DNA of 64,000 nucleotides from the NCBI RefSeq assembly GCF_024700885.2, contig NZ_CP117016.1. One strand, written 5' to 3'. Origin of the DNA: Escherichia coli (lineage in GTDB: Bacteria > Pseudomonadota > Gammaproteobacteria > Enterobacterales > Enterobacteriaceae). Shown here in pieces: positions 21,001 through 29,823 of the stretch; the first letter of the stretch is position 1; each line of letters starts with the position of its first letter. The position numbers were made by a program, and so were the translations under genes. The notes below the pieces were generated by a model that saw only the letters and a program-made list of their open reading frames with translations, was not told the origin of the DNA and did no database searches.

Positions 21001-21842
21001 TCCCCATAACCTGCTGCGCTGTTGTTCTCATCCACTAACACGCCGTTGTTCTGGCTGTAGCTGTCATCAACTGAAATATCAATAAGATAGGGAGCCGTCA
21101 CGCTATTGGTATAAATCGCCCCACCATATCCCTCAGCAGAGTTATTTGTAAATGCGGTGTTATTTATTATTGTGAAACCTGACGGATGCGTGATATTGCT
21201 ATTATTATCGGTGACATCGATTGCCCCTCCATCGCCATCACTGTAACTTGTTGATGTATATGCCTGGTTGTTATCAAAAATAACTTCACTTAAATAGACG
21301 TCATTGTTGATGGTATAAATTGCACCACCTTTGCCGTCATTAGCGATGTTATTGCGAAACACGGCGTTAGTGACACTTAAATCGACGACACCGGTATCGT
21401 TAGTACCAGAAGAATAGATTGCGCCACCATAGCCACCTGCAACGTTACCGGAAAAAATAACATTAGTAAGATTCAGCGTTGAGTTTTCTTTAGCAAATAT
21501 TGCCCCGCCGTTATTATATTCTCCTGAGACAGTATTATTGGCAAACAGAGTCATTCCAGTTTCATTTTCTGGCGATAGAGAAAACTCCGCTCCTTGTTGC
21601 AAAAATACGGCCCCACCGCTGGCGTTATTGGTCATATCCGAAAAAACCAGCCATTGCCCATCGGCGATGCTCCAGTCCTGCGTAATGCCTGAAAGGCTTT
21701 GCCTGCTGGCGTGACAACTCGCTTTGATATCATATCCCTGACATGAATCAATGGCCGCCGCGACACCGTTAGCAGAGAAAAGAGATGCAATCATTGACGG
21801 GAGTAAAGATAAATACTCCTTGCGTAGAAAAATAATCCGCAT
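18084..21842 (-). CDS. yfaL: AIDA-I-type autotransporter adhesin YfaL, 1252 aa
   Basis: 1252-aa ORF MRIIFLRKEYLSLLPSMIASLFSA (signal peptide); repetitive passenger domain; proline-rich PDPDPT linker; C-terminal beta-barrel ending ...SMTVKW. Confidence 0.9.
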   Translation of the reverse strand: MRIIFLRKEYLSLLPSMIASLFSANGVAAAIDSCQGYDIKASCHASRQSLSGITQDWSIADGQWLVFSDMTNNASGGAVFLQQGAEFSLSPENETGMTLFANNTVSGEYNNGGAIFAKENSTLNLTNVIFSGNVAGGYGGAIYSSGTNDTGVVDLSVTNAVFRNNIANDGKGGAIYTINNDVYLSEVIFDNNQAYTSTSYSDGDGGAIDVTDNNSNITHPSGFTIINNTAFTNNSAEGYGGAIYTNSVTAPYLIDISVDDSYSQNNGVLVDENNSAAGYGDGPSTEAGGFMYLGLSEVTFDIADGKTLVIGNTENDGVVDSIAGTGVITKTGSGDLVLNADNNDFTGEMQIENGEVTLGRSNSLMNVGDTHCQDDPQDCYGLTIGSLDQYQNQAELNVGSTQQTFVHALTGFQNGTLNIDAGGNVTVNQGSFAGTIEGAGQLTIAQNGSYVLAGAQSMALTGDIVVDDGAVLTLEGDAADLAALQDDPQSIVLNGGVLDLSDFATWQSGTSYNDGLAVSGSGGTVIGSQDVVDLAGGDNLHIGGDEKDGVYVVIDAGDGLVSLANNNSYLGTTQIASGTLVVSDNSQLGNTDENRQLIFTDSQQQSEMEITADVDTRSEAAGHGRDIEMRADGEVAVDAGVDTQWGALMADSSGQHLDEGSTLTKTGAGTLEMTASGTTQSAVRVEEGTLQGDVADIFPYASSLWVGDGATFKTGADQDIQSIDVTSSGTIDISDGTVLRLTGQDTSIALNASLFNGDGTLVNATDGVTLTGELNTNLETDSLTYLSDVTVNGNLTNTSGAVSLQNGVAGDTLTVNGDYTGGGTLLLDSELNGDDSVSDQLVMNGNTAGNTTVMVNSITGIGEPTSTGIKVVDFAADPTQFQNNAQFSLAGSGYVNMGAYDYTLVEDNNDWYLRSQEVTPPSPPDPDPTPDPDPTPDPDPTPDPAPDPTPAYQPVLNAKVGGYFNNLRAANQAFVMERHDHAGGDGQTLNLRVIGGDYHYTAAGQLAQHEDTSTVQLSGDLFSGCWGTDGEWMLGAVGGYSDNQGDSRSNMTGTRADNQNHGYAVGLTSSWFQHGNQKQGAWLDSWLQYAWFNNDVSEHEDGVDHYHSSGIIASLEAGYQWLPGRGVVIEPQAQVIYQGVQQDDFTAANHARVSQSQGDDIQTRLGLHSEWRTAVHVIPTLDLNYYHDPHATEIEEDGSTISDDAVKQRGELKVGVTGNISQRVSLRGSVAWQKGSDDFAQTAGFLSMTVKW
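19005..19100. repeat. Tandem short repeats encoding the proline-rich (PDPDPT)n linker inside yfaL
   Basis: Protein segment PPSPPDPDPTPDPDPTPDPDPTPDPAPDPTP; the DNA shows near-identical GGATC(A/C)GGA-type units. Confidence 0.6.
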
Positions 21843-22413
21843 ATTAATCTGACCATCATTTTCTATAAGACGGCATATTTAATCGCATTATACGATATGG
21901 GTTATTTTTCTTTTGTAAATTGTTCAACCCGGTGCAATGGCTATTTTGTTATTATTTCATGAATAATATCAGTGCGTCATAATTCAAGTTAATCACCTTA
22001 AGGGATATCAGTTATGTTTAAACTGAATTAAAGTAATGAATAATTTTCTTATAATATAAGGTAAATTAACAAAATGGCTTCGCATTTAACAACAACCGAA
22101 GAGAAAACAACCATTTCGACATCAACAATCGCTTACATTCGCTTATATATTGACCATAACTGATACATCAGATTATGTGATGACTCGTGCTTAGATCAAT
22201 TTTTGCAATCATTAGCCAAAAGATTAATAAACCATCTATATCAATTTATCTAACCTATTCTTCCGTTCAAGAAATCGCCGAACAGTTATTTTTAACAAAT
22301 TTTTCTCTTCCCATTGACTTTCCCGGACACCTTGTCTGACCTAAGGTGCGCGAAAGCCACTTTTTCCTTCCTGAGTTATCCACAAAGTTATGCACTTGCA
22401 AGAGGGCCATTTT

Positions 22414-22460
22414 CACACTATCTTGCAGTGAATCCCAAACATACCCCCTATATATAGTGT
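22414..22460 (+). promoter_or_regulatory. Putative NrdR boxes in the nrdAB promoter region
   Basis: CACACTATCTTGCAGTG and CCCTATATATAGTGT, two partially palindromic boxes about three helical turns apart, about 80-120 bp upstream of the nrdA ATG. Confidence 0.45.
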
Positions 22461-22537
22461 TCTAAGCAGCTTCCCTCACTACAGGTAGTCTGCATGAAAC
22501 TATTGCGGAAAGAATTCCAAAAACAGGTACGACATAC

Positions 22538-24823
22538 ATGAATCAGAATCTGCTGGTGACAAAGCGCGACGGTAGCACAGAGCGCATCAATCTCGACAAA
22601 ATCCATCGCGTTCTGGATTGGGCGGCAGAAGGACTGCATAACGTTTCGATTTCCCAGGTCGAACTGCGCTCCCACATTCAGTTTTATGACGGTATCAAGA
22701 CCTCTGACATCCACGAAACCATTATCAAGGCTGCCGCAGACCTGATCTCCCGTGATGCGCCGGATTATCAGTATCTCGCCGCGCGCCTGGCGATCTTCCA
22801 CCTGCGTAAAAAAGCCTACGGCCAGTTTGAGCCGCCTGCGCTGTACGACCACGTGGTGAAAATGATCGAGATGGGCAAATACGATAATCATCTGCTGGAA
22901 GACTACACGGAAGAAGAGTTCAAGCAGATGGACACGTTTATCGATCACGACCGTGATATGACCTTTTCTTATGCTGCGGTTAAGCAGCTGGAAGGCAAAT
23001 ATCTGGTGCAGAACCGTGTGACCGGCGAAATCTACGAAAGCGCCCAGTTCCTTTATATTCTGGTTGCCGCGTGCCTGTTCTCGAACTACCCGCGTGAAAC
23101 GCGCCTGCAATACGTGAAGCGTTTTTACGACGCGGTTTCCACATTTAAAATTTCGCTGCCGACGCCAATCATGTCCGGCGTGCGTACCCCGACTCGTCAG
23201 TTCAGCTCCTGCGTACTGATCGAGTGCGGTGACAGCCTGGATTCCATTAACGCCACCTCCAGCGCGATTGTTAAATACGTTTCCCAGCGTGCCGGGATCG
23301 GCATCAATGCCGGGCGTATTCGTGCGCTGGGTAGCCCGATTCGCGGTGGCGAAGCGTTCCATACCGGTTGTATTCCGTTCTATAAGCATTTCCAGACAGC
23401 GGTGAAATCCTGCTCTCAGGGCGGTGTGCGTGGCGGTGCGGCTACGCTGTTCTACCCGATGTGGCATCTGGAAGTTGAAAGCCTGCTGGTGTTGAAAAAC
23501 AACCGTGGGGTGGAAGGCAACCGCGTGCGTCATATGGACTACGGGGTACAAATCAACAAACTGATGTATACCCGTCTGCTGAAAGGTGAAGATATCACCC
23601 TGTTCAGCCCGTCCGACGTACCGGGGCTGTACGACGCGTTCTTCGCCGATCAGGAAGAGTTTGAACGCCTGTACACCAAATATGAGAAAGACGACAGCAT
23701 CCGCAAGCAGCGTGTGAAAGCCGTTGAGCTGTTCTCGCTGATGATGCAGGAACGTGCGTCTACCGGTCGTATCTATATTCAGAACGTTGACCACTGCAAT
23801 ACCCATAGCCCGTTTGATCCGGCCATCGCGCCAGTGCGCCAGTCTAACCTGTGCCTGGAAATCGCCCTGCCGACCAAACCGCTGAATGATGTCAACGACG
23901 AGAACGGTGAAATAGCGCTGTGTACGTTGTCTGCTTTCAACCTGGGCGCAATTAATAGCCTGGATGAACTGGAAGAGCTGGCGATTCTGGCGGTACGCGC
24001 ACTCGACGCGCTGCTGGACTATCAGGATTACCCGATCCCGGCCGCCAAACGTGGAGCGATGGGTCGTCGTACGCTGGGTATTGGTGTGATCAACTTCGCT
24101 TACTACCTGGCGAAGCACGGTAAACGCTACTCCGACGGCAGCGCCAACAACCTGACGCATAAAACCTTCGAAGCTATTCAGTATTACCTGCTGAAAGCCT
24201 CTAATGAGCTGGCGAAAGAGCAAGGCGCGTGCCCGTGGTTTAACGAAACCACTTACGCGAAAGGGATCCTGCCGATCGATACCTATAAGAAAGATCTGGA
24301 TGCCATCGCTAATGAGCCGCTGCATTACGACTGGGAAGCACTGCGTGAGTCAATCAAAACGCACGGCCTGCGTAACTCCACGCTTTCTGCTCTGATGCCG
24401 TCCGAGACCTCTTCGCAGATCTCTAACGCCACTAACGGTATTGAACCGCCGCGTGGTTACGTCAGCATCAAAGCGTCGAAAGACGGTATTCTGCGCCAGG
24501 TGGTGCCGGACTACGAGCATCTGCACGACGCCTATGAACTGCTGTGGGAAATGCCGGGTAACGATGGCTACCTGCAACTGGTGGGTATCATGCAGAAATT
24601 TATCGATCAGTCGATCTCTGCTAACACCAACTACGATCCGTCACGCTTCCCGTCAGGAAAAGTGCCGATGCAGCAACTGCTGAAAGACCTGCTCACCGCC
24701 TACAAATTCGGGGTCAAAACGCTGTATTATCAGAACACCCGTGACGGTGCTGAAGACGCACAAGACGATCTGGTACCGTCAATCCAGGACGATGGCTGCG
24801 AAAGCGGCGCATGTAAGATCTGA
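22538..24823 (+). CDS. nrdA: Ribonucleoside-diphosphate reductase 1 alpha subunit NrdA, 761 aa
   Basis: 761-aa ORF MNQNLLVTKRDGSTERINLDKIHRVLDWAAEG...; ATG at 22538. Confidence 0.97.
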   Translation: MNQNLLVTKRDGSTERINLDKIHRVLDWAAEGLHNVSISQVELRSHIQFYDGIKTSDIHETIIKAAADLISRDAPDYQYLAARLAIFHLRKKAYGQFEPPALYDHVVKMIEMGKYDNHLLEDYTEEEFKQMDTFIDHDRDMTFSYAAVKQLEGKYLVQNRVTGEIYESAQFLYILVAACLFSNYPRETRLQYVKRFYDAVSTFKISLPTPIMSGVRTPTRQFSSCVLIECGDSLDSINATSSAIVKYVSQRAGIGINAGRIRALGSPIRGGEAFHTGCIPFYKHFQTAVKSCSQGGVRGGAATLFYPMWHLEVESLLVLKNNRGVEGNRVRHMDYGVQINKLMYTRLLKGEDITLFSPSDVPGLYDAFFADQEEFERLYTKYEKDDSIRKQRVKAVELFSLMMQERASTGRIYIQNVDHCNTHSPFDPAIAPVRQSNLCLEIALPTKPLNDVNDENGEIALCTLSAFNLGAINSLDELEELAILAVRALDALLDYQDYPIPAAKRGAMGRRTLGIGVINFAYYLAKHGKRYSDGSANNLTHKTFEAIQYYLLKASNELAKEQGACPWFNETTYAKGILPIDTYKKDLDAIANEPLHYDWEALRESIKTHGLRNSTLSALMPSETSSQISNATNGIEPPRGYVSIKASKDGILRQVVPDYEHLHDAYELLWEMPGNDGYLQLVGIMQKFIDQSISANTNYDPSRFPSGKVPMQQLLKDLLTAYKFGVKTLYYQNTRDGAEDAQDDLVPSIQDDGCESGACKI

Positions 24824-24825
24824 TA

Positions 24826-24960
24826 TTGAGATGCCGGATGCGGCGTGAACGCCTTATCCGGCATACGGCTCGGTTTGTAGGCCTGATATGACGCGCCAGC
24901 GTCGCATCAGGCACAGGATGCGGCGTAAAATGCCTTATCCGGCATTAAACTCCCAACAGG
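24826..24960. repeat. REP/BIME cluster between nrdA and nrdB
   Basis: Several GCCGGATGCGGCGTGAACGCCTTATCCGGC-type units in alternating orientation; produces the spurious [15 protein letters not shown]. Confidence 0.7.
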
Positions 24961-24968
24961 ACACATTC

Positions 24969-26099
24969 ATGGCATATACCACCTTTTCACAGACGAAAAA
25001 TGATCAGCTCAAAGAACCGATGTTCTTTGGTCAGCCGGTCAACGTGGCTCGCTACGATCAGCAAAAATATGACATCTTCGAAAAGCTGATCGAAAAGCAG
25101 CTCTCTTTCTTCTGGCGTCCGGAAGAAGTTGACGTTTCTCGTGACCGTATCGATTACCAGGCACTGCCTGAACACGAAAAACACATCTTTATCAGCAACC
25201 TGAAATATCAGACGTTGCTGGACTCCATTCAGGGTCGCAGCCCGAACGTGGCACTGCTGCCGCTGATCTCGATCCCTGAACTGGAAACCTGGGTCGAAAC
25301 CTGGGCGTTCTCAGAAACCATTCACTCTCGTTCTTATACCCATATCATTCGTAATATCGTTAACGATCCGTCCGTTGTGTTTGATGATATCGTCACCAAC
25401 GAGCAGATCCAGAAACGTGCGGAAGGGATCTCCAGCTATTACGATGAGCTGATCGAAATGACCAGCTACTGGCATCTGCTGGGCGAAGGTACCCACACCG
25501 TTAACGGTAAAACCGTAACCGTTAGCCTGCGCGAGCTGAAGAAAAAACTGTATCTCTGCCTGATGAGCGTTAACGCGCTGGAAGCGATCCGCTTCTACGT
25601 CAGCTTTGCTTGTTCCTTTGCCTTTGCAGAACGCGAACTGATGGAAGGTAACGCCAAAATTATTCGCCTGATTGCCCGCGATGAAGCCCTGCACCTGACC
25701 GGTACTCAGCATATGCTGAATCTGCTGCGCAGCGGCGCGGATGATCCGGAGATGGCGGAAATTGCCGAAGAATGTAAGCAGGAATGCTATGACCTGTTTG
25801 TCCAGGCGGCACAGCAAGAGAAAGACTGGGCGGATTATCTGTTCCGTGACGGTTCGATGATTGGTCTGAATAAAGACATTCTCTGCCAGTACGTTGAATA
25901 CATCACCAATATCCGCATGCAGGCAGTCGGTTTGGATCTGCCGTTCCAGACTCGCTCCAACCCGATCCCGTGGATCAATACCTGGCTGGTGTCTGATAAC
26001 GTGCAGGTTGCTCCGCAGGAAGTGGAAGTCAGTTCTTATCTGGTCGGGCAGATTGACTCGGAAGTGGACACCGACGATTTGAGTAACTTCCAGCTCTGA
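24969..26099 (+). CDS. nrdB: Ribonucleoside-diphosphate reductase 1 beta subunit NrdB, 376 aa
   Basis: Start set to ATG at 24969 ([22 protein letters not shown]...); the ORF-track start at 24888 lies inside the REP cluster. Confidence 0.96.
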
Positions 26100-26353
26100 T
26101 GGCTCGCATTACCCTGCGCATCACTGGCACACAACTGCTGTGCCAGGATGAACACCCTTCCCTTCTGGCGGCGCTGGAATCCCACAATGTGGCGGTTGAG
26201 TACCAGTGCCGCGAAGGTTACTGCGGTTCCTGTCGCACGCGCCTTGTTGCAGGCCAGGTGGACTGGATTGCCGAACCGTTAGCCTTTATTCAGCCGGGGG
26301 AAATTTTGCCTTGTTGTTGCCGGGCAAAAGGCGATATTGAAATCGAGTTGTGA
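26099..26353 (+). CDS. yfaE: 2Fe-2S ferredoxin YfaE (NrdB radical maintenance), 84 aa
   Basis: 84-aa ORF with the cysteine pattern C..C..C...C; ATG overlaps the nrdB stop. Confidence 0.9.
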   Translation: MARITLRITGTQLLCQDEHPSLLAALESHNVAVEYQCREGYCGSCRTRLVAGQVDWIAEPLAFIQPGEILPCCCRAKGDIEIEL

Positions 26354-26368
26354 TCGGGTACTAGCGCC

Positions 26369-26402
26369 AGATACGACGCTTACGCGTATTATCTGGCCTA
26401 CA
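26369..26402. repeat. Degenerate REP-like palindrome between yfaE and inaA
   Basis: GCCAGATACGACGCTTACGCGTATTATCTGGCCTAC has 8-bp terminal inverted repeats and resembles REP. Confidence 0.4.
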
Positions 26403-26406
26403 ACGA

Positions 26407-27057
26407 TTACATGGCGTAGTAATACGCTTTCACCTGCTCCCAGTCCGCTTTGGGGATCGGCTCCAGATATTTTTCCAGCTGGCGGAAGTCATGATTAATC
26501 GCTTTATCGCGACGCAAGCGGCGACGACTTTTCTCCAGATCAAGAAATCCAGCTTCTGCCTTACCTTCTGTTTTCACATAGATATGGCGAACATAGCAAC
26601 AGCCATGCTGACGATTAACGCTATGCATTTTCTTAAACGCCAGCGCCACTGCTTTCAACATGGCTTGCCGTACTTCGTCAGAATAGGGCGTTACTGCATG
26701 CCGGGCATACCAGTCAGCAATGCTGATGAACCCCGCCATATCTTCAGTCACCAGCAACGCGCGCCATTCCCCCTCAATTTTCACCGCTTCACCAAAAACA
26801 ATCTTCGGCACGATGACACCAGCCCGTTCCAGTTCTTTAATTACCGCAACCTCACGGACAATCGTTGGTCGGCCGAACGGATAACGTACGGAATGAAACA
26901 GATGATGCGTCATGCGCTTTACATATAGCTTTTTGCCGTTGCGCTCGACGCATTGCACCCCGCTCATACCATTACGGCGATAGTTAGGCTCTTCAACCCA
27001 GTCGCCCTCTGTTGCCCACCAGTGATTAAATTCGTCGTGCTTTGCTGAAACTGCCAT
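26407..27057 (-). CDS. inaA: Acid-inducible protein InaA (lipopolysaccharide kinase family), 216 aa
   Basis: 216-aa ORF MAVSAKHDEFNHWWATEGDWVEEPNYRRNGMSGVQ; position after yfaE as in K-12. Confidence 0.88.
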   Translation of the reverse strand: MAVSAKHDEFNHWWATEGDWVEEPNYRRNGMSGVQCVERNGKKLYVKRMTHHLFHSVRYPFGRPTIVREVAVIKELERAGVIVPKIVFGEAVKIEGEWRALLVTEDMAGFISIADWYARHAVTPYSDEVRQAMLKAVALAFKKMHSVNRQHGCCYVRHIYVKTEGKAEAGFLDLEKSRRRLRRDKAINHDFRQLEKYLEPIPKADWEQVKAYYYAM

Positions 27058-27137
27058 ACCCTATCGCCTGTCATTTTTTATTTACAACAATGACTATAGG
27101 TGGTTACCTGCGAAAAATCTGAATGAAACGTGTCGTA

Positions 27138-28328
27138 TTAATGAATTTCTTTTGCCACTACTAGCGCGACACCGCTTTTACCCTTCATTTGCAGCGCATA
27201 GACTCCACCAGCCACTACCACTAATAGTGCACCCAGCAGATAAATCATTCGGTAGCCAGTATGTGCAACCATCATCCCCATCACACAGGCTCCCAGCGCC
27301 AGGCCTGCATCCATCGCATTGAAGAAGAGGGAGTTTGCGACACCGATTTTATGCGGTTCCACTGAACTGATAATCTGCGTCTGAAAAACTGGCGTCACGG
27401 AACCATACCCGATACCAATCAATGCGCCAGAAACAACCATCATTATGCTTCCCTGGGTGTAGCCGAGAACCACCAGTCCTACCGTAAAGAACACAAGGCA
27501 AGGGTAAACCACATATTTCGGTCCTTTTTTGTCGCAGACATTGCCGGTAAAGGTACGGCAAATCATCAGGAAGATAGCGTAGCAAAGCAGGAAATTACTG
27601 GCTGCCGACATCAGGTTAAGTTCGCGTGCATAAAGCGCCAGAAAAGCAGAAACCCCGGCATACGAAAAGGTCATAAAAAAGGTGACCATCGCAAATGGCA
27701 ACGCCGCGCGATCGAACATGGCGGCGAAGCCCATTTTCGGCGTTGAACCATCAGCATGGCTGATAACCGGCGGCACTGTCATAATCAGCGACAGAATAAT
27801 CCCCACCGCTGCCACGCCGGTGCATAGCCAGAAAGCCAGATTAAAGGCTTCCCAGCGCGCCATATTCAGACCAATCCACGGCCCGACCACCATTGCCATC
27901 CCCATTGCCAGAGAGAAAAAACTGATGCCCTCCCCACGTCGGGAGGCCGGGATCAGCCGCGCGGAAATCGTTCCTTTTACCGTAGTGATAACCCCGAAGG
28001 TAATACCATGAAGCACCCGAATAAAAAGCAGTGATTCAATTGAGTGGCAAAAAGGATACAGCGCAGTGACCACCAAAAAGGCCAGAGAAGAGAGCCCCAG
28101 AATAGTTTTATTCGAATATTTACCTACCCATTGCCCGGCAAAGGGGCGAATAACAATGGCGGCAATTAAAAATAAAGTCACCAACAAACCTGCTTTATCA
28201 GGAGAGGCATGCAAGCGGTCTGAGATATAAATTGGCAACAATGTTAGTAAAACATAAAAGACGAAGAAAATAATAAAGCTGATGATGGTTATTGCCCAAA
28301 AATCCTTCGTCCATAACTTCTCTTTCAT
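27138..28328 (-). CDS. MFS-family transporter, 396 aa, substrate unknown
   Basis: Twelve predicted hydrophobic segments; MFS-like loop motif (GKYSNKT / RLIPASRRGEG); divergent from the adjacent LysR regulator gene. Confidence 0.75.
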   Translation of the reverse strand: MKEKLWTKDFWAITIISFIIFFVFYVLLTLLPIYISDRLHASPDKAGLLVTLFLIAAIVIRPFAGQWVGKYSNKTILGLSSLAFLVVTALYPFCHSIESLLFIRVLHGITFGVITTVKGTISARLIPASRRGEGISFFSLAMGMAMVVGPWIGLNMARWEAFNLAFWLCTGVAAVGIILSLIMTVPPVISHADGSTPKMGFAAMFDRAALPFAMVTFFMTFSYAGVSAFLALYARELNLMSAASNFLLCYAIFLMICRTFTGNVCDKKGPKYVVYPCLVFFTVGLVVLGYTQGSIMMVVSGALIGIGYGSVTPVFQTQIISSVEPHKIGVANSLFFNAMDAGLALGACVMGMMVAHTGYRMIYLLGALLVVVAGGVYALQMKGKSGVALVVAKEIH

Positions 28329-28479
28329 ACCCTACCGCCTGTCAGGATGACGCACGCAGACAACACTCCCGTTACTGCGGTTGCGTCAAATTGTGATGTA
28401 CTTTGCAGAACAGAAGTATAAATGGCGGCATGCTATTAGAGAAATTAATCGTTTTAATATTATTGATTAGCAAACTCTA

Positions 28480-29358
28480 ATGACTCTTACCCAAATAAAT
28501 TCTTTACTCGCCGTGCTGGATTACGGTGGCTTTACTGAAGCCAGCAAGCGATTGTTCATGACGCAGTCGGCGGTAAGTCAGGCAATTGCTGCCCTCGAAC
28601 AAGAACTTGGCGTGAGTATACTGTTACGCGATCGCCGTAAAGCTATACAACTGACCGCAGCAGGTCATCGCATTGTGCATCATCTGCGCGCCATTAATCG
28701 GGAAGTGAACGCAGTAAAAGAGATAGCCGAGCAGGAAAAGCAGAACCCTCAAAGAACGCTGAGACTTGGTTGTTTCCCCAGCGTCTGCGCCTGTATCTTA
28801 CCGGCTGTGATTCGCTACTTTGAAATTCATCATCCGAATATAAAAATTATTCCTTTTGAGGAAAATAGCACAGCGATTATTGATTCCCTTCAGAATGAAT
28901 CCATTGATGCCGGTTTTGTTCATTTTCCGGTGAGCGGAATGTACTCCGTGCCCATTTATCAGGATAAATTCACCGTAGTGTTACCGCCCAACCATGCTCT
29001 GGCAAAAAACAGCACTATTACAGTGGAAGAGTTAATGGGTGAACCATTAATTATTAGTAAAGGACGCTATGAATTAAGCATTATGGCACTATTTAAAGAA
29101 AAGAATATTACCCCACAGATAAAATATGAATTTAATCACCCTGATACAGCGATCAGTTTTATTCGACAGGGATTAGGCATCGCCTTATTACCAGAGTTAA
29201 CGCTGAAAACCATTGCAGATGAATTGTGTTCCGTTCCTCTCGAACCAACCTTCTATCGACAGATTTCGTTGCTGGCTAAAGAAAAGCCGGTAGAAGGCAG
29301 TCCACTGTTTTTACTGCAAATGTGTACGGAACAACTCGTGGTGAGTGGAAAAATTTGA
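28480..29358 (+). CDS. LysR-family transcriptional regulator, 292 aa
   Basis: N-terminal LysR HTH (TQINSLLAVLDYGGFTEASKRLFMTQSAVSQAIAALEQELG) and C-terminal substrate-binding domain; divergently paired with the MFS gene; K-12 has a LysR-type pseudogene (yfaH) at this position. Confidence 0.8.
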   Translation: MTLTQINSLLAVLDYGGFTEASKRLFMTQSAVSQAIAALEQELGVSILLRDRRKAIQLTAAGHRIVHHLRAINREVNAVKEIAEQEKQNPQRTLRLGCFPSVCACILPAVIRYFEIHHPNIKIIPFEENSTAIIDSLQNESIDAGFVHFPVSGMYSVPIYQDKFTVVLPPNHALAKNSTITVEELMGEPLIISKGRYELSIMALFKEKNITPQIKYEFNHPDTAISFIRQGLGIALLPELTLKTIADELCSVPLEPTFYRQISLLAKEKPVEGSPLFLLQMCTEQLVVSGKI

Positions 29359-29513
29359 TGTAAGACATGAGATTGATGACAAATGCAAGACTGCCTGATT
29401 CGCCACACTTAGTTGTACTATAGCCTTTACCAGGCGTAATAATTCGTTTTCACCTGATTTTGGCCCACTTTGTGAATTGGCGATATATATTTATCCAGTT
29501 GGGAGAAGTGACA

Positions 29514-29645
29514 ATGACTCCAGGTAGAAATCGGTATGAAGCGCCCGACTCACTGTCAAAACCGATCGTTGAGAGTAATGACACTCCGGCGAACAGTACA
29601 CAGTTTACTCTGGAGCCATTCTCAATCTTCAAGTGGGATACCTAG
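29514..29645 (+). CDS. Hypothetical small protein, 43 aa (speculative)
   Basis: ATG at 29514 preceded by GGGAGAAG 5 nt upstream; encodes MTPGRNRYEAPDSLSKPIVESNDTPANSTQFTLEPFSIFKWDT; lies at the edge of the AT-rich island. Confidence 0.25.
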   Translation: MTPGRNRYEAPDSLSKPIVESNDTPANSTQFTLEPFSIFKWDT

Positions 29646-29823
29646 TAACTTTTCAGGGAAGTTATCAATATCTGTTTGTTACTTATTACCGTATTTATTA
29701 ACAATAATGATACTTTCTACCATGCGTAAAGGTCTTCGTAATAAAATGAGCTAAATTTGATAGTGAATATATTTTGCAAAGATTAGATTGTATCTTGTTA
29801 ACTCACAATACAAGGAATCATTT

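Noticed and set aside
22448-24325. 625-aa ORF on the minus strand
   Set aside because: It is entirely antisense to nrdA, whose identity is unambiguous; it has no RBS and is a shadow ORF of a GC-rich, codon-biased gene.
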